64,000 nucleotides of DNA from Phyllobates terribilis (Eukaryota), in NCBI RefSeq assembly GCF_046119375.1, contig NW_027362767.1, positions 137,516,001 to 137,580,000 on the forward strand. The letters are read 5' to 3'. The notes beneath the pieces are model-generated. The model saw only the letters and a program-made list of their open reading frames with translations. It was not told the DNA's origin and made no database searches. A program made the translations under genes and the position numbers. This document shows, in pieces, positions 41,395 to 54,300 of this stretch (positions within the stretch are counted from its first letter, which is position 1; each line of letters starts with the position of its first letter).

Positions 41395-44110
41395 ACAGTA
41401 TCACACATGATGGATTAGATACACCAGGACAGTATCACACATGATGGATTAGATATACCAGGGCAGTATCACACATGGTGGATTAGATATACCAGGGCAG
41501 TATCATACATGGTGGATTAGATATACCAGGACAGTATCACACATGGTGGATTAGATATACCAGGACAGTATCACACATGATGGATTAGATATACCAGGGC
41601 AGTATCACACATGGTGGATTAGATACACCAGGGCAGTATCACACATGGTGGATTAGATACACCAGGGCAGTATCACACATGGTGGATTAGATACACCAGG
41701 ACAGTATCACACATGATGGATTAGATACACCAGGGCAGTATCACACATGGTGGATTAGATACACCAGGACAGTATCACACATGATGGATTAGATACACCA
41801 GGACAGTATCACACATGATGGATTAGATACACCAGGACAGTATCACACATGATGGATTAGGTACACCAGGGCAGTATCACACATGGTGGATTAGATATAC
41901 CAGGACAGTATCACACATGATGGATTAGATATACCAGGACAGTATCACACATGATGGATTAGATACACCAGGACAGTATCACACATGATGGATTAGATAC
42001 ACCAGGGCAGTATCATACATGGTGGATTAGATATACCAGGACAGTATCACACATGATGGATTAGATACACCAGGGCAGTATCATACATGGTGGATTAGAT
42101 ACACCAGGACAGTATCACACATGATGGATTAGATACACCAGGACAGTATCACACATGATGGATTAGATACACCAGGGCAGTATCATACATGGTGGATTAG
42201 ATATACCAGGACAGTATCACACATGATGGATTAGATACACCAGGGCAGTATCATACATGGTGGATTAGATACACCAGGACAGTATCACACATGGTGGATT
42301 AGATACACCAGGGCAGTATCACACATGATGGATTAGGTACACCAGGGCAGTATCACACATGGTGGATTAGATATACCAGGACAGTATCACACATGATGGA
42401 TTAGATACACCAGGACAGTATCACACATGATGGATTAGATACACCAGGACAGTATCACACATGATGGATTAGATATACCAGGGCAGTATCATACATGGTG
42501 GATTAGATACACCAGGACAGTATCACACATGATGGATTAGATACACCAGGGCAGTATCATACATGGTGGATTAGATACACCAGGACAGTATCACACATGA
42601 TGGATTAGATACACCAGGACAGTATCACACATGATGGATTAGATACACCAGGGCAGTATCACACATGGTGGATTAGATATACCAGGGCAGTATCACACAT
42701 GGTGGATTAGATATACCAGGACAGTATCACACATGATGGATTAGATACACCAGGGCAGTATCACACATGGTGGATTAGATACACCAGGACAGTATCACAC
42801 ATGATGGATTAGATACACCAGGACAGTATCACACATGATGGATTAGATATACCAGGACAGTATCACACATGATGGATTAGATACACCAGGACAGTATCAC
42901 ACATGGTGGATTAGATATACCAGGACAGTATCACACATGATGGATTAGATACACCAGGGCAGTATCACACATGGTGGATTAGATACACCAGGGCAGTATC
43001 ACACATGATGGATTAGATACACCAGGACAGTATCACACATGATGGATTAGATATACCAGGGCAGTATCACACATGGTGGATTAGATATACCAGGACAGTA
43101 TCACACATGATGGATTAGATACACCAGGGCAGTATCACACATGGTGGATTAGATACACCAGGGCAGTATCACACATGATGGATTAGATATACCAGGACAG
43201 TATCACACATGATGGATTAGATATACCAGGACAGTATCACACATGATGGATTAGATACACCAGGACAGTATCACACATGATGGATTAGATACACCAGGAC
43301 AGTATCACACATGATGGATTAGATATACCAGGACAGTATCACACATGATGGATTAGATACACCAGGACAGTATCACACATGATGGATTAGATACACCAGG
43401 GCAGTATCACACATGGTGGATTAGATATACCAGGGCAGTATCACACATGGTGGATTAGATATACCAGGACAGTATCACACATGATGGATTAGATACACCA
43501 GGGCAGTATCACACATGGTGGATTAGATACACCAGGACAGTATCACACATGATGGATTAGATACACCAGGACAGTATCACACATGATGGATTAGATACAC
43601 CAGGACAGTATCACACATGATGGATTAGATATACCAGGACAGTATCACACATGATGGATTAGATACACCAGGGCAGTATCACACATGGTGGATTAGATAC
43701 ACCAGGGCAGTATCACACATGATGGATTAGATACACCAGGACAGTATCACACATGATGGATTAGATACACCAGGACAGTATCACACATGATGGATTAGAT
43801 ACACCAGGACAGTATCACACATGATGGATTAGATACACCAGAGCAGTATCACACATGGTGGATTAGATATACCAGGACAGTATCACACATGATGGATTAG
43901 ATACACCAGGGCAGTATCACACATGGTGGATTAGATACACCAGGGCAGTATCACACATGATGGATTAGATACACCAGGGCAGTATCACACATGGTGGATT
44001 AGATACACCAGGGCAGTATCACACAAGATGGATTAGATACACCAGGTTAGTATCACACATGATGGATTAGATACACCAGGGCAGTATCACATGATGGATT
44101 AGATACACAT
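41395..44110. repeat. 34-bp minisatellite (GGACAGTATCACACATGATGGATTAGATACACCA), about 80 copies
   Basis: Very homogeneous tandem array between SDHC and MPZ starts. Confidence 0.98.
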
Positions 44111-44169
44111 GGTAGGATGAGATACAGTCTTTATATCCCTGGTGGTCTCTTTGCCCCATGCTGCCCCCT

Positions 44170-44290
44170 GGTGCCTGGTCTCATTGTCTCCATTGTTCGC
44201 TCCTCTTCCCCCTCCTGTGATTGGTCGTCTGTGGGGGAGATGATTTCCCTTCCTCCCCTTTGGGGTTTTTAAGGCCGGATCCCGCTCTCC
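44170..44290 (+). promoter_or_regulatory. Candidate MPZ proximal promoter
   Basis: Two SOX-type CATTGT sites (44182, 44191), ATTGG at ~44220, TTTTAAG at ~44267, within 200 nt of the ATG. Motif matches only. Confidence 0.4.
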
Positions 44291-44365
44291 CTCCCGGACT
44301 CCACAGCCGCCGGGATCTGAGGGTTTCTGGGCTTCTCCTATGACTCTCCCACTACTGGACGACCA

Positions 44366-46876
44366 ATGGAATCGCTGACCTCCTCCTGCTGCCTGCTGGG
44401 CCTTGTAGTGCTCTCCGCTCTGAGTAAGTCCTCGCTTCTAGTCACATAACTAAAAGTGTTCTGGCGTCTGCAGTGATACATATCCATAGTGGGACTGTTG
44501 AACGCGGCGGCCGCCATGTTTGGACAGATACAATCGTCCGCGGTCACAGCGGCGTATTTATGGGGAGATGTTTTGTGTCCTTTATATTGTATCCGGGAGG
44601 TGTATATTATATTATATAGGTGTATAGAAAGCTAGTGATGTCTGGAAACCATCAGCAGGTAGGCGACTGCTCCTGACAGATTCTCACATGGTTTTGTATT
44701 GTACGTATTGTCTGGGTCATTATCAAATCTGCACATTGGGGGGTTTGTGAGGTTCTGGGGGTACAGCGAATGGGATTGGTGCAGTTCCCACCACTAAGAC
44801 CATCCACAGTAGGACAGAGCAGCTTGCCTGCTTGCTGAGGGTCTCCTTTTGGTCTAGTAATGCCTGTGTACGCAGTCACTTTAAGACTTGGGGAAAGTAC
44901 AAAGAATATTTACAAATAGAATTCTGTTCTTTGTTTTGTTGATTGTTTACAAAAATATGAAAATTTGTAGCAAATTTGTGTTTTTTTCTCGGAAACTAAA
45001 TTGTGATTAAAAAAAGTTAATATTTTACGTCAGATCGAAGCTTGTGGAAATTTAGCCCTGTGTTTGCTTTCCCTGAAGGCTGCTCCCCCCGCCGAGTCTA
45101 TGATACCTGTGTGACATTGTCTTTGCCCCGCAGCGCTCCCCCCGGCCCTGGCCATTGAGGTTTACACAGCCCGCGAGATACACGGCACGGTCGGCTCGCA
45201 GGTCCACCTGTCCTGCACTTTCTGGTCCAGTGAATGGATCTCAGACGACATCTCCGTCACCTGGCACTACCAGCCTGACAACAGCAGAAGCACGTACTCG
45301 GTAAGACTGGCTGATAACAGGGAACAGCAGCCTGTATTCAGCGTCAGAGTGCTGTCCCTTTAAATCCAACATGGAGACCTGGTCTTTGTCTCCGGCAGAT
45401 ATTTCACTACTCCAAGGGACAGGCGCACATAGACGACACAGGCATCTTCAAGGATCGTATCGAGTGGGTGGGCTACCCCCGGAGCAAGGACGGCTCCATC
45501 GTGGTCCACAACCTGGAATATGGCGACAACGGGACCTTCACCTGCGACGTGAAGAACCCGCCGGACGTGGTGGGGAAGTCGTCCTTTGTGCACCTGCTGG
45601 TCTATGACAAAGGTGAGGAGCCGGCCCTAGCCCCGAGGTGCGGGCACAGGTGGGCTCACACGGCACTAACACTACCATCCTCCCCCAGGCCCCGTCCGCG
45701 CTGGCATGGTGCTCGGCATCATTATCGGAGCCGCCCTGGGGCTGGTGATCATCGTGGCGCTCCTGGCATACCTCATACGTTACTGCTGGCTGCGGAGGCA
45801 GATCCGGGTGCAGCGCCAGCTCAGGTGGGTGCGGGTGGGCACCAGGGGCACTGAGTGAGGGCCAGGTGGGCACCAGGGGGCGCTGTCACCTCTCTATCCA
45901 TCTCCCCTCACTGACGACTGCCATCTTCTCTTTACAGCGCCCTAGAAAGAGGAAAACTTCACAAATTAACCAGAGGCTCAAAAGGCGGCAGACAGGTGAG
46001 CGGGGGGCCAGCGGTGCCCCAGTGTCAGGCGTGATGCCCCGTATACTCCAGTCTCATCCAAAGCTGCAAGTCCTGTATGCTAGATGCATCTATCTATATG
46101 TTGTGTCTCATACTCCGGTCACACCTAGAGCTGCACTATATCTAATACACCAGTCACACCCAAAGCTGCACTATATCTAATACTCAAGTCACACCCAGAG
46201 CTGCAACACATCCATATACATATCATATGCAATATTCCAGTCACATCCAGAGCGGCATTATATCTATCACTCCAATCACACCCAGAGCTGCCTTATATCT
46301 AATACTCCAGTCAAACTCAGAGCTGTACTATATATGACTCCAGTCACATCCATAGCTGCATTACTATCTTATACTCCAGTCACATCCATAGCTGCATTAT
46401 TATCTTATACTCCAGTCACATCCAGAGCTGCATTATATCTAATACTCCAGTCACGTCCAGAGCTGCAGAATGACCTATACTCCAGTCACACCCAGAGCTG
46501 CACTATATGTAATATTCCAGTGACATCCAGAGCAGCAGCATGTCCTATACTTCAGTCACACCCAGAGCTGTATTATATCTAATTCTCCAGTCACATTTAG
46601 AGCTGCATTTTGTCTTATACTCCAGCTTGTAGTGTGATGTAGTGTATTACAGACATTGAACCAGCAGGTGGCAGTAGAGAGCTGTGAGACCTGCACACTG
46701 AGGCCTAATAGCTGATATGTGAGTGCAGCTTTGGATGTGACTGGAGTACAATGCACTATTTAACCCTTTTTTCCTTGATTTTCCAGACGCCGCTTCTCTC
46801 CATGCTCGACCAAACCAGGAGCTTCAAATCCAGCGACAAGAAACCTAAAGGGCTGGGCGACTCCCGCAAGAAATAG
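44366..46876 (+). CDS. MPZ: Myelin protein zero (240 aa, 6 exons)
   Basis: Exons 44366-44423, 45134-45300, 45399-45612, 45689-45824, 45938-45995, 46787-46876; Ig-V FWSSEWISDDIS...DNGTFTCDVKNPPD, TM, RYCWLRR; TAG at 46874-46876. Confidence 0.98.
46020..46630. repeat. Degenerate CTCCAGTCAC..CCAGAGCTGCA repeats in MPZ intron 5
   Basis: About 12 diverged copies; similar motifs at ~37660-37750 and ~38170-38200. Confidence 0.75.
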
Positions 46877-47080
46877 CAATTAGCAGGCAGGGAAGGTACA
46901 CATAAGGCAGATACGGAGTCCCCCCGCAGCTCCAAGGTGATCTATACCATCGAGATGGAGCTGCGGGGGGACGAGGACGGGGACCAGCCCCGCCGAGCCG
47001 CGGTAAAGTCTCCCAGTAAGAACAGCCTCAAAAACGCCCTCAAGAATTTAATCAAAAGTGACTCAGAGAAACACCCTTAA
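46877..47080 (+). CDS. MPZ: In-frame readthrough extension of MPZ (L-MPZ, 67 aa)
   Basis: QLAGREG...KVIYTIEMELRGDEDGDQPRRAAVKSPSKNSLKNALKNLIKSDSEKHP* resembles the mammalian L-MPZ tail (IEMELR, AVKSPS, SLKNALKN). Confidence 0.88.
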   Translation, partial: QLAGREGTHKADTESPRSSKVIYTIEMELRGDEDGDQPRRAAVKSPSKNSLKNALKNLIKSDSEKHP

Positions 47081-48139
47081 TCTAGCGGAGGCCGGTGGGG
47101 ACCTGGGCGAGAAGGTGTACCCCGGGGTCACACCCCCAATCCTTCTCCCGGGTCCCCGCCGGTCTCCTGCCGCGGCTAATGCCTTATAATAACCTGTATG
47201 TGTGATCCGTATCGTACCTTTCCCTGCGGGAAACTAGCAAGAGCTTTCTGAGAAACCAAGAATCAAAGTAGGACTCCTCCAGACCAGCGGGGGCGCCGTC
47301 TATCACCCTAGGGGTGGCTGCAATGCGATGCAATGCAATCTCTACCCAACCAGGGCACCCTGGAGGATGGGCCAGCCATAATAATCATGGTAATCACCCA
47401 GATCTGGGATTTTTGGCTCCTCGTGGGAGGGGCCTGAGATCTCCGCCAATCAAGTATCACTTTATGATGATGTCTGATCTGACCGCGATCTCCAGCCACC
47501 TGCTGTGCCCTTTTGGCTCGTGTACAAGTATCGCCCTCTCTGCCTCTCTCCAGGGCGATATTTCTACAGCTTTAACCCCTTCGTGGCCAACCAGGGGTTG
47601 TTAAAGCTTTAATGGCTTCTGTTAACCCCTAAGATGCTGCACAGACCAACTGCAGTGTCAACTGGGGTTCAATAGAAGGTGTTAATAACCGGTACCATAA
47701 ATCCCAGAATATAGGCCCTGATGTGTCTAAAGTGATAATAGGGTGATAACACCATACGCACTAAATTAAATACCGTAAGTCTCCAAATGTAAGAGCAGCA
47801 TCACTTCTCAACCCCCAGAAAGCGCCAATACTTACCGTATATATTAGAATAGAAAGCCCAGCATGAGACTCTAATTCCAAGACTTTAGTCTAGGCCAGGA
47901 TACCTAGCTCTAACTTTATATCCCATAAATCCTAGAATATAAAGCCTTCCCAATACCGTGAATGACAGAATAAATCGCCAGAATCACTCTGAGAGCCTCC
48001 GATTGGGTGCTCATATCTAGCCACACCCTGTTAATGTAAATAATAGAATATAGGGGCAGTATGGTTCATCACACTCCAATGAATACCTGTTACCATAAGT
48101 ACTAAAATATAGAACCACTACGCTTTATACCCGACAGTG

Positions 48140-48610
48140 AAATACTGTACCGTAAATATCAGAATATAGGGCCACTATGCTTTAATACACCCCAGTATAC
48201 TTGACAGTGTAACACTTATACTGTAAATATCAGAATATAGGGCCACTATGCTCTATTATACTGCAGTCTACCTGACAGTGTAATACGTATACTGTAAATA
48301 TCAGAATATAGGGCCACTATGCTTTAATACACCCCAGTATACCTGACAGTGTAATACATATACCGTAAATATCAGAATATAGGGCCACTATGCTTTATAA
48401 TACTCCAGCATACCTGACAGTGTAATACGTATACCGTATGTATCAGAATATAGGGCCACTATCCTTTATAATACTCCAGCATACCTGACAGTGTAATGCG
48501 TATACTGTATGTATCAGAATATAGGGCCACAATGCTTTATTATACTCCAGTCTACCTGACAGTGTAATACATATACCGTAAATATCAGAATATAAGCCCA
48601 TCATGTTTTT
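48140..48610. repeat. ~72-bp tandem repeat (AATATCAGAATATAGGGCCACTATGC...)
   Basis: About 6-7 copies downstream of MPZ stop. Confidence 0.85.
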
Positions 48611-49255
48611 CTTTACACCCCAGTGTAATATCAGACTATCCGCCCAGCATTGCTCATTAGTCCCTCTATCCCGATTCCTCCGGCCTTCTTGAGTTCCCTG
48701 CAGGTCTCCGTGTAGCGTTACTATCAGGATATTCTCGTCTCGTCCTCATCGTTCATGGTGCTGTGCTGGAAACTGATCCAGAATGACGTTTCCTATTTCC
48801 ATATTTTGGTGAAATCATCGTTTCTATGTTCGGCCCCTCGTGACTGAGAATTAACTGGATTTACATTGTTATTTTTTACAACTTTTTTTCTGAATTTTCT
48901 GCATTGTTGATGTGTAATGATAAAAGCCTATTCACAGCGGACAGACCAGACTTGACGATCACCGAGGTCACTGGGGTCTCCGGCAGCAGCAAAGCATCCT
49001 GGGACTTCCAATATGGCTGCACTGCAAACTCTGTGGTGTCGCCAACAATTCTCCCCAATCCGAACCATCCTTAGCCACGTCCGATGTATGTGTATATGTA
49101 TGTAAATATGTGACCCCCTGTACAAACCACCGACATCAGGACCATTAATAAACTCACACCCCGAAAATCAACTCGTCTCCTCGCTTCATTATTATCCAGC
49201 AGACCACCGCTCTTCTGATTCAACCTGCAGAGTATTATACCACTACAAGATATTG

Positions 49256-50368
49256 TGTGGCGCCCAGCTGCGCTTGGTACCACAGATCCTGGAAGGGTGC
49301 ATGAACGGATTCCTCCACAAGAGGCCCCCCACAGCATACACACACCTCCACCTTCCATCTCAGACCACCAGAGGGAGCCCGTTAGGGATATAAATAGGGA
49401 AGGTGGAGCTAGGCAGTTGAGTCTAGTCTGGAGTCGACGGAGAGTCAAGTCTGTTGAGAGAGTTCCTGCAGTAGTTAAGCCTGAGACAGGTCAGCCTGCA
49501 GTGGAGCCCAGTCCAGACTCAGTCGTAGCTCAGCATAGTGAGCTTAAGGTGTGCCGACGCGTTGAAGCGCGGCAAGCTGCCGCTAGTGTGTATAGCCTAG
49601 TGAGGGCCCTGAGTAGGCCGAAGGCTAGAAGAGTGAGTAGCATTGGGGGCAGAGGAGCTTAACCAGCTCACCCCAGAAAACATATACTGGACACCGGGTT
49701 CGCGTCTACAGGGTCGTATACCCCCCTGTAGAGACAACCGGAGACCCCTGGAAGACTTCAAGTCCCAGAAACACCAGAGAGCTGATACGTAACAGAGCCA
49801 GGAGTCACACAGGCCCCGTAAGCTGGGAGCGCGTACTCCAAGAGAAGGCCCTACCACAAAGTCAGCCGGTGCAGAACAGAAACCTAGTTAGGCCTAGCTT
49901 CAGGCAGGTCAAAAAATTACTACACAAAGGCAAGAGACAGGAGGCCCTATACCCGCTCACTGGGGAGGATCCTGATATGCACCCTTCACCCTACAGTGCT
50001 CCGGAGTGTGCCTGAACTTCCATCAGTAAAAGATACTGAAGTGACTATCGTGTTTGTCCCTGTTCTTGCTCCGACCCGGCTGGGTCATATCTGTCCAGCA
50101 TCCTTACATCCCCGCTGCCCTGAGGCCCAGCTCCACCTGTGGGGAGCTATAACATCAAGCTGCCTTATCACCAGCCTCAGTGGACTGCGCAGCGCTGGTG
50201 ATTCTCACCAGATACCACAGGTGGCGTCACGGACTTTCATATAATTAACAACCCCCCTTTTTAAAAGAGAGGCCCAGAGTACGGGCCCGGGAGTCGACTA
50301 CCGCGACATCCCCTGAAACTATCAACGAGGCCCGGGCGCCAAGTCCTTCCCATCCCCTGGGCTCTACA
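49256..50368. mobile_element. Solo LTR, 1113 bp
   Basis: TGTGGCGCCC...GGGCTCTACA imperfect terminal inverted repeat, 4-bp TSD ATTG both sides, TATAAATA at ~49388, no retroviral ORF. Confidence 0.75.
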
Positions 50369-51203
50369 ATTGCTCTTTTCACTTAGTTTTTTAAAAAAAC
50401 AACAACACAGAACTTTTTACTTTTAAATAATTTTATTAATTAAACATGCTAAAATATTCCAAAAATGTGAGAGCCCGCAGTTGGGTCTGGAGGTTGGAGA
50501 GGGGGCAGAGGATGGGGAGATTATGGGGCGAACTCTTAGTCGACGATGGGAAAAATTCTGCAGGTGCATTCTGAGGAACAGCCACCAGATGGCAGCTGAG
50601 TCCTGTCACCAATCACCTAGTGAAGGGGCTCCAATGGTGATGGGACAGTCAAAGCCAGAGCGGCTGCTGCACCTTCCTGCAGCACTGGGGGTCTCCCCAC
50701 ATCAGGATTAGGACTGGGCGCCATACGAGAGGGACAACCTCCATTGCTAGGGCCCGAAAATGGCAACTACATTTATAAATATGATACATATTTTTGAGTG
50801 TTTTTCTGATTATTGGTCTGGTGCATGGTGATTTCAGATGACAAGTGCAGTTTAAGATACAGGAAGCATGCCTAGATATAAGGGGAGGACCCCAGGACAC
50901 ATGCCTCAATACAAGACCGCAGCTGCCATGACAGCGCTGCCATAAAATCATCTTCTTCTTACATCGTATAAAAGTCTCTCGTCTATTGGACTGACTATAC
51001 CGAGAAGTGTATGAACACGGCGGCCACCAGATGGTACGTCCGAGGGTCGCAGTGGCCACCGTCGTAAGCATTCATAATAAATTAAGGGTGGGAGAAGGGT
51101 GGGTAGTGTTGGGGGGCTGTAGATATGATGCCCCACTTTTTGTCTGGCATGTCCATTACAGAAGGAAGTGTAGAATCAACATAAGAGGACGGGGGTAATA
51201 TAA

Positions 51204-51356
<153 letters not shown>

Positions 51357-51364
51357 TCAGATAA

Positions 51365-54300
51365 TAATTATACTGCCTCCTATGTACAAGAATATAACTA
51401 CTATAATACTGCCTCCTATGTACAAGAATATAACTACTATAATACTGCTCCTATGTACAAGAATATAGCTACTATAATACTGCTCCTATGTACAAGAATA
51501 TAGCTACTATAATACTGCTCCTATGTACAAGAATATAACTACTATAATACTGCCCCCTATGTACAAGAATATATCTACTATAATACTGCCCCTATATACA
51601 AGAATATAACTACTATAATACTGCCCCATGTACAAGAATATAACTACTATAATACTGCCCCTATGTACAAGAATATAACTACTATAATACTGACCACTAT
51701 GTACAAGAATATAACTACTATAATACTGCCCCTATGTACAAGAATATAACTACTATAATACTGCTCCTATGTACAAGAATATAGCTACTATAATACTGCT
51801 CCTATGTACAAGAATATAACTACTATAATACTGCCCCCTATGTACAAGAATATATCTACTATAATACTGCCCCTATATACAAGAATATAACTACTATAAT
51901 ACTGCCCCATGTACAAGAATATAACTACTATAATACTGCCCCTATGTACAAGAATATATCTACTATAATACTGCCCCTATATACAAGAATATAACTACTA
52001 TAATACTCCCCCTATGTACAAGAATATAACTACTATAATACTGCCCCATGTACAAGAATATAACTACTATAATACTGCTCCTATGTACAAGAATATAACA
52101 ACTATAATACTGCTCCTATGTACAAGAATATAACTACTATAATACTGCCCCTATGTACAAGAATATAACTACTATAATACTGCTCCTATGTACAAGAACA
52201 TAACTACTATAATACTGCCCCCTATGTACAAGAATATAACTACTATAATACTGCCCCTATGTACAAGAATATAACTACTATAATACTGCCCCTATATACA
52301 AGAATATAACTACTATAATACTGCCCCTATGTACAAGAATATAACTACTATAATACTGCCCCATGTACAAGAATATAACTACTATAATACTGCCCCTATG
52401 TACAAGAATATAACTACTATAATACTGCCCCTATGTACAAGAATATAACTACTATAATACTGCCTCCTATGTACAAGAATATAACTACTATAATACTGCT
52501 CCTATGTACAAGAATATAGCTACTATAATACTGCTCCTATGTACAAGAATATAGCTACTATAATACTGCTCCTATGTACAAGAATATAACTACTATAATA
52601 CTGCCCCCTATGTACAAGAATATATCTACTATAATACTGCCCCTATATACAAGAATATAACTACTATAATACTGCCCCATGTACAAGAATATAACTACTA
52701 TAATACTGCCCCTATGTACAAGAATATAACTACTATAATACTGACCACTATGTACAAGAATATAACTACTATAATACTGCCCCTATGTACAAGAATATAA
52801 CTACTATAATACTGCTCCTATGTACAAGAATATAGCTACTATAATACTGCTCCTATGTACAAGAATATAACTACTATAATACTGCCCCCTATGTACAAGA
52901 ATATATCTACTATAATACTGCCCCTATATACAAGAATATAACTACTATAATACTGCCCCATGTACAAGAATATAACTACTATAATACTGCCCCTATGTAC
53001 AAGAATATATCTACTATAATACTGCCCCTATATACAAGAATATAACTACTATAATACTCCCCCTATGTACAAGAATATAACTACTATAATACTGCCCCAT
53101 GTACAAGAATATAACTACTATAATACTGCTCCTATGTACAAGAATATAACAACTATAATACTGCTCCTATGTACAAGAATATAACTACTATAATACTGCC
53201 CCTATGTACAAGAATATAACTACTATAATACTGCTCCTATGTACAAGAATATAACTACTATAATACTGCCCCCTATGTACAAGAATATAACTACTATAAT
53301 ACTGCCCCTATGTACAAGAATATAACTACTATAATACTGCCCCTATGTACAAGAATATAACTACTATAATACTGCTCCTATGTACAAGAATATAACTACT
53401 ATAATACTGCCCCCTATGTACAAGAATATATCTACTATAATACTGCCCCTATATACAAGAATATAACTACTATAATACTGCCCCTATGTACAAGAATATA
53501 ACTACTATAATACTGCCCCATGTACAAGAATATAACTACTATAATACTGCCCCTATGTACAAGAATATAACTACTATAATACTGCCCCTATGTACAAGAA
53601 TATAACTACTATAATACTGCTCCTATGTACAAGAATATAACTACTATAATACTGCTCCTATGTACAAGAATATAACTACTATAATACTGCCCCTATGTAC
53701 AAGAATATAACTACTATAATACTGCCCCATGTACAAGAATATAACTACTATAATACTGCCCCTATGTACAAGAATATATCTACTATAATACTGCCCCTAT
53801 ATACAAGAATATAACTACTATAATACTGCCCCTATGTACAAGAATATAACTACTATAATACTGCCCCATGTACAAGAATATAACTACTATAATACTGCCC
53901 CTATGTACAAGAATATAACTACTATAATACTGCCCCTATGTACAAGAATATAACTACTATAATACTGCTCCTATGTACAAGAATATAACTACTATAATAC
54001 TGCTCCTATGTACAAGAATATAACTACTATAATACTGCCCCTATGTACAAGAATATAACTACTATAATACTGCCCCATGTACAAGAATATAACTACTATA
54101 ATACTGCCCCTATGTACAAGAATATATCTACTATAATACTGCCCCTATATACAAGAATATAACTACTATAATACTGCCCCTATGTACAAGAATATAACTA
54201 CTATAATACTGCCCCATGTACAAGAATATAACTACTATAATACTGCCCCTATGTACAAGAATATAACTACTATAATACTGCCCCTATGTACAAGAATATA

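Noticed and set aside
41395-44110. CRISPR-like appearance of regular 34-41 bp periodic arrays (also 28040-30195, 51365-60447)
   Set aside because: No unique spacers, no cas genes, eukaryotic context; these are head-to-tail minisatellites.
44338-44547. Minus-strand ATGGCGGCCGCC (MAAAAF...) as SDHC exon 1
   Set aside because: No donor at the right position; the true MAALLLR exon with GT is at 41210-41191.
49071-50244. ORFs of 82-135 aa downstream of MPZ
   Set aside because: Lie in or overlap the solo LTR; no known motif.
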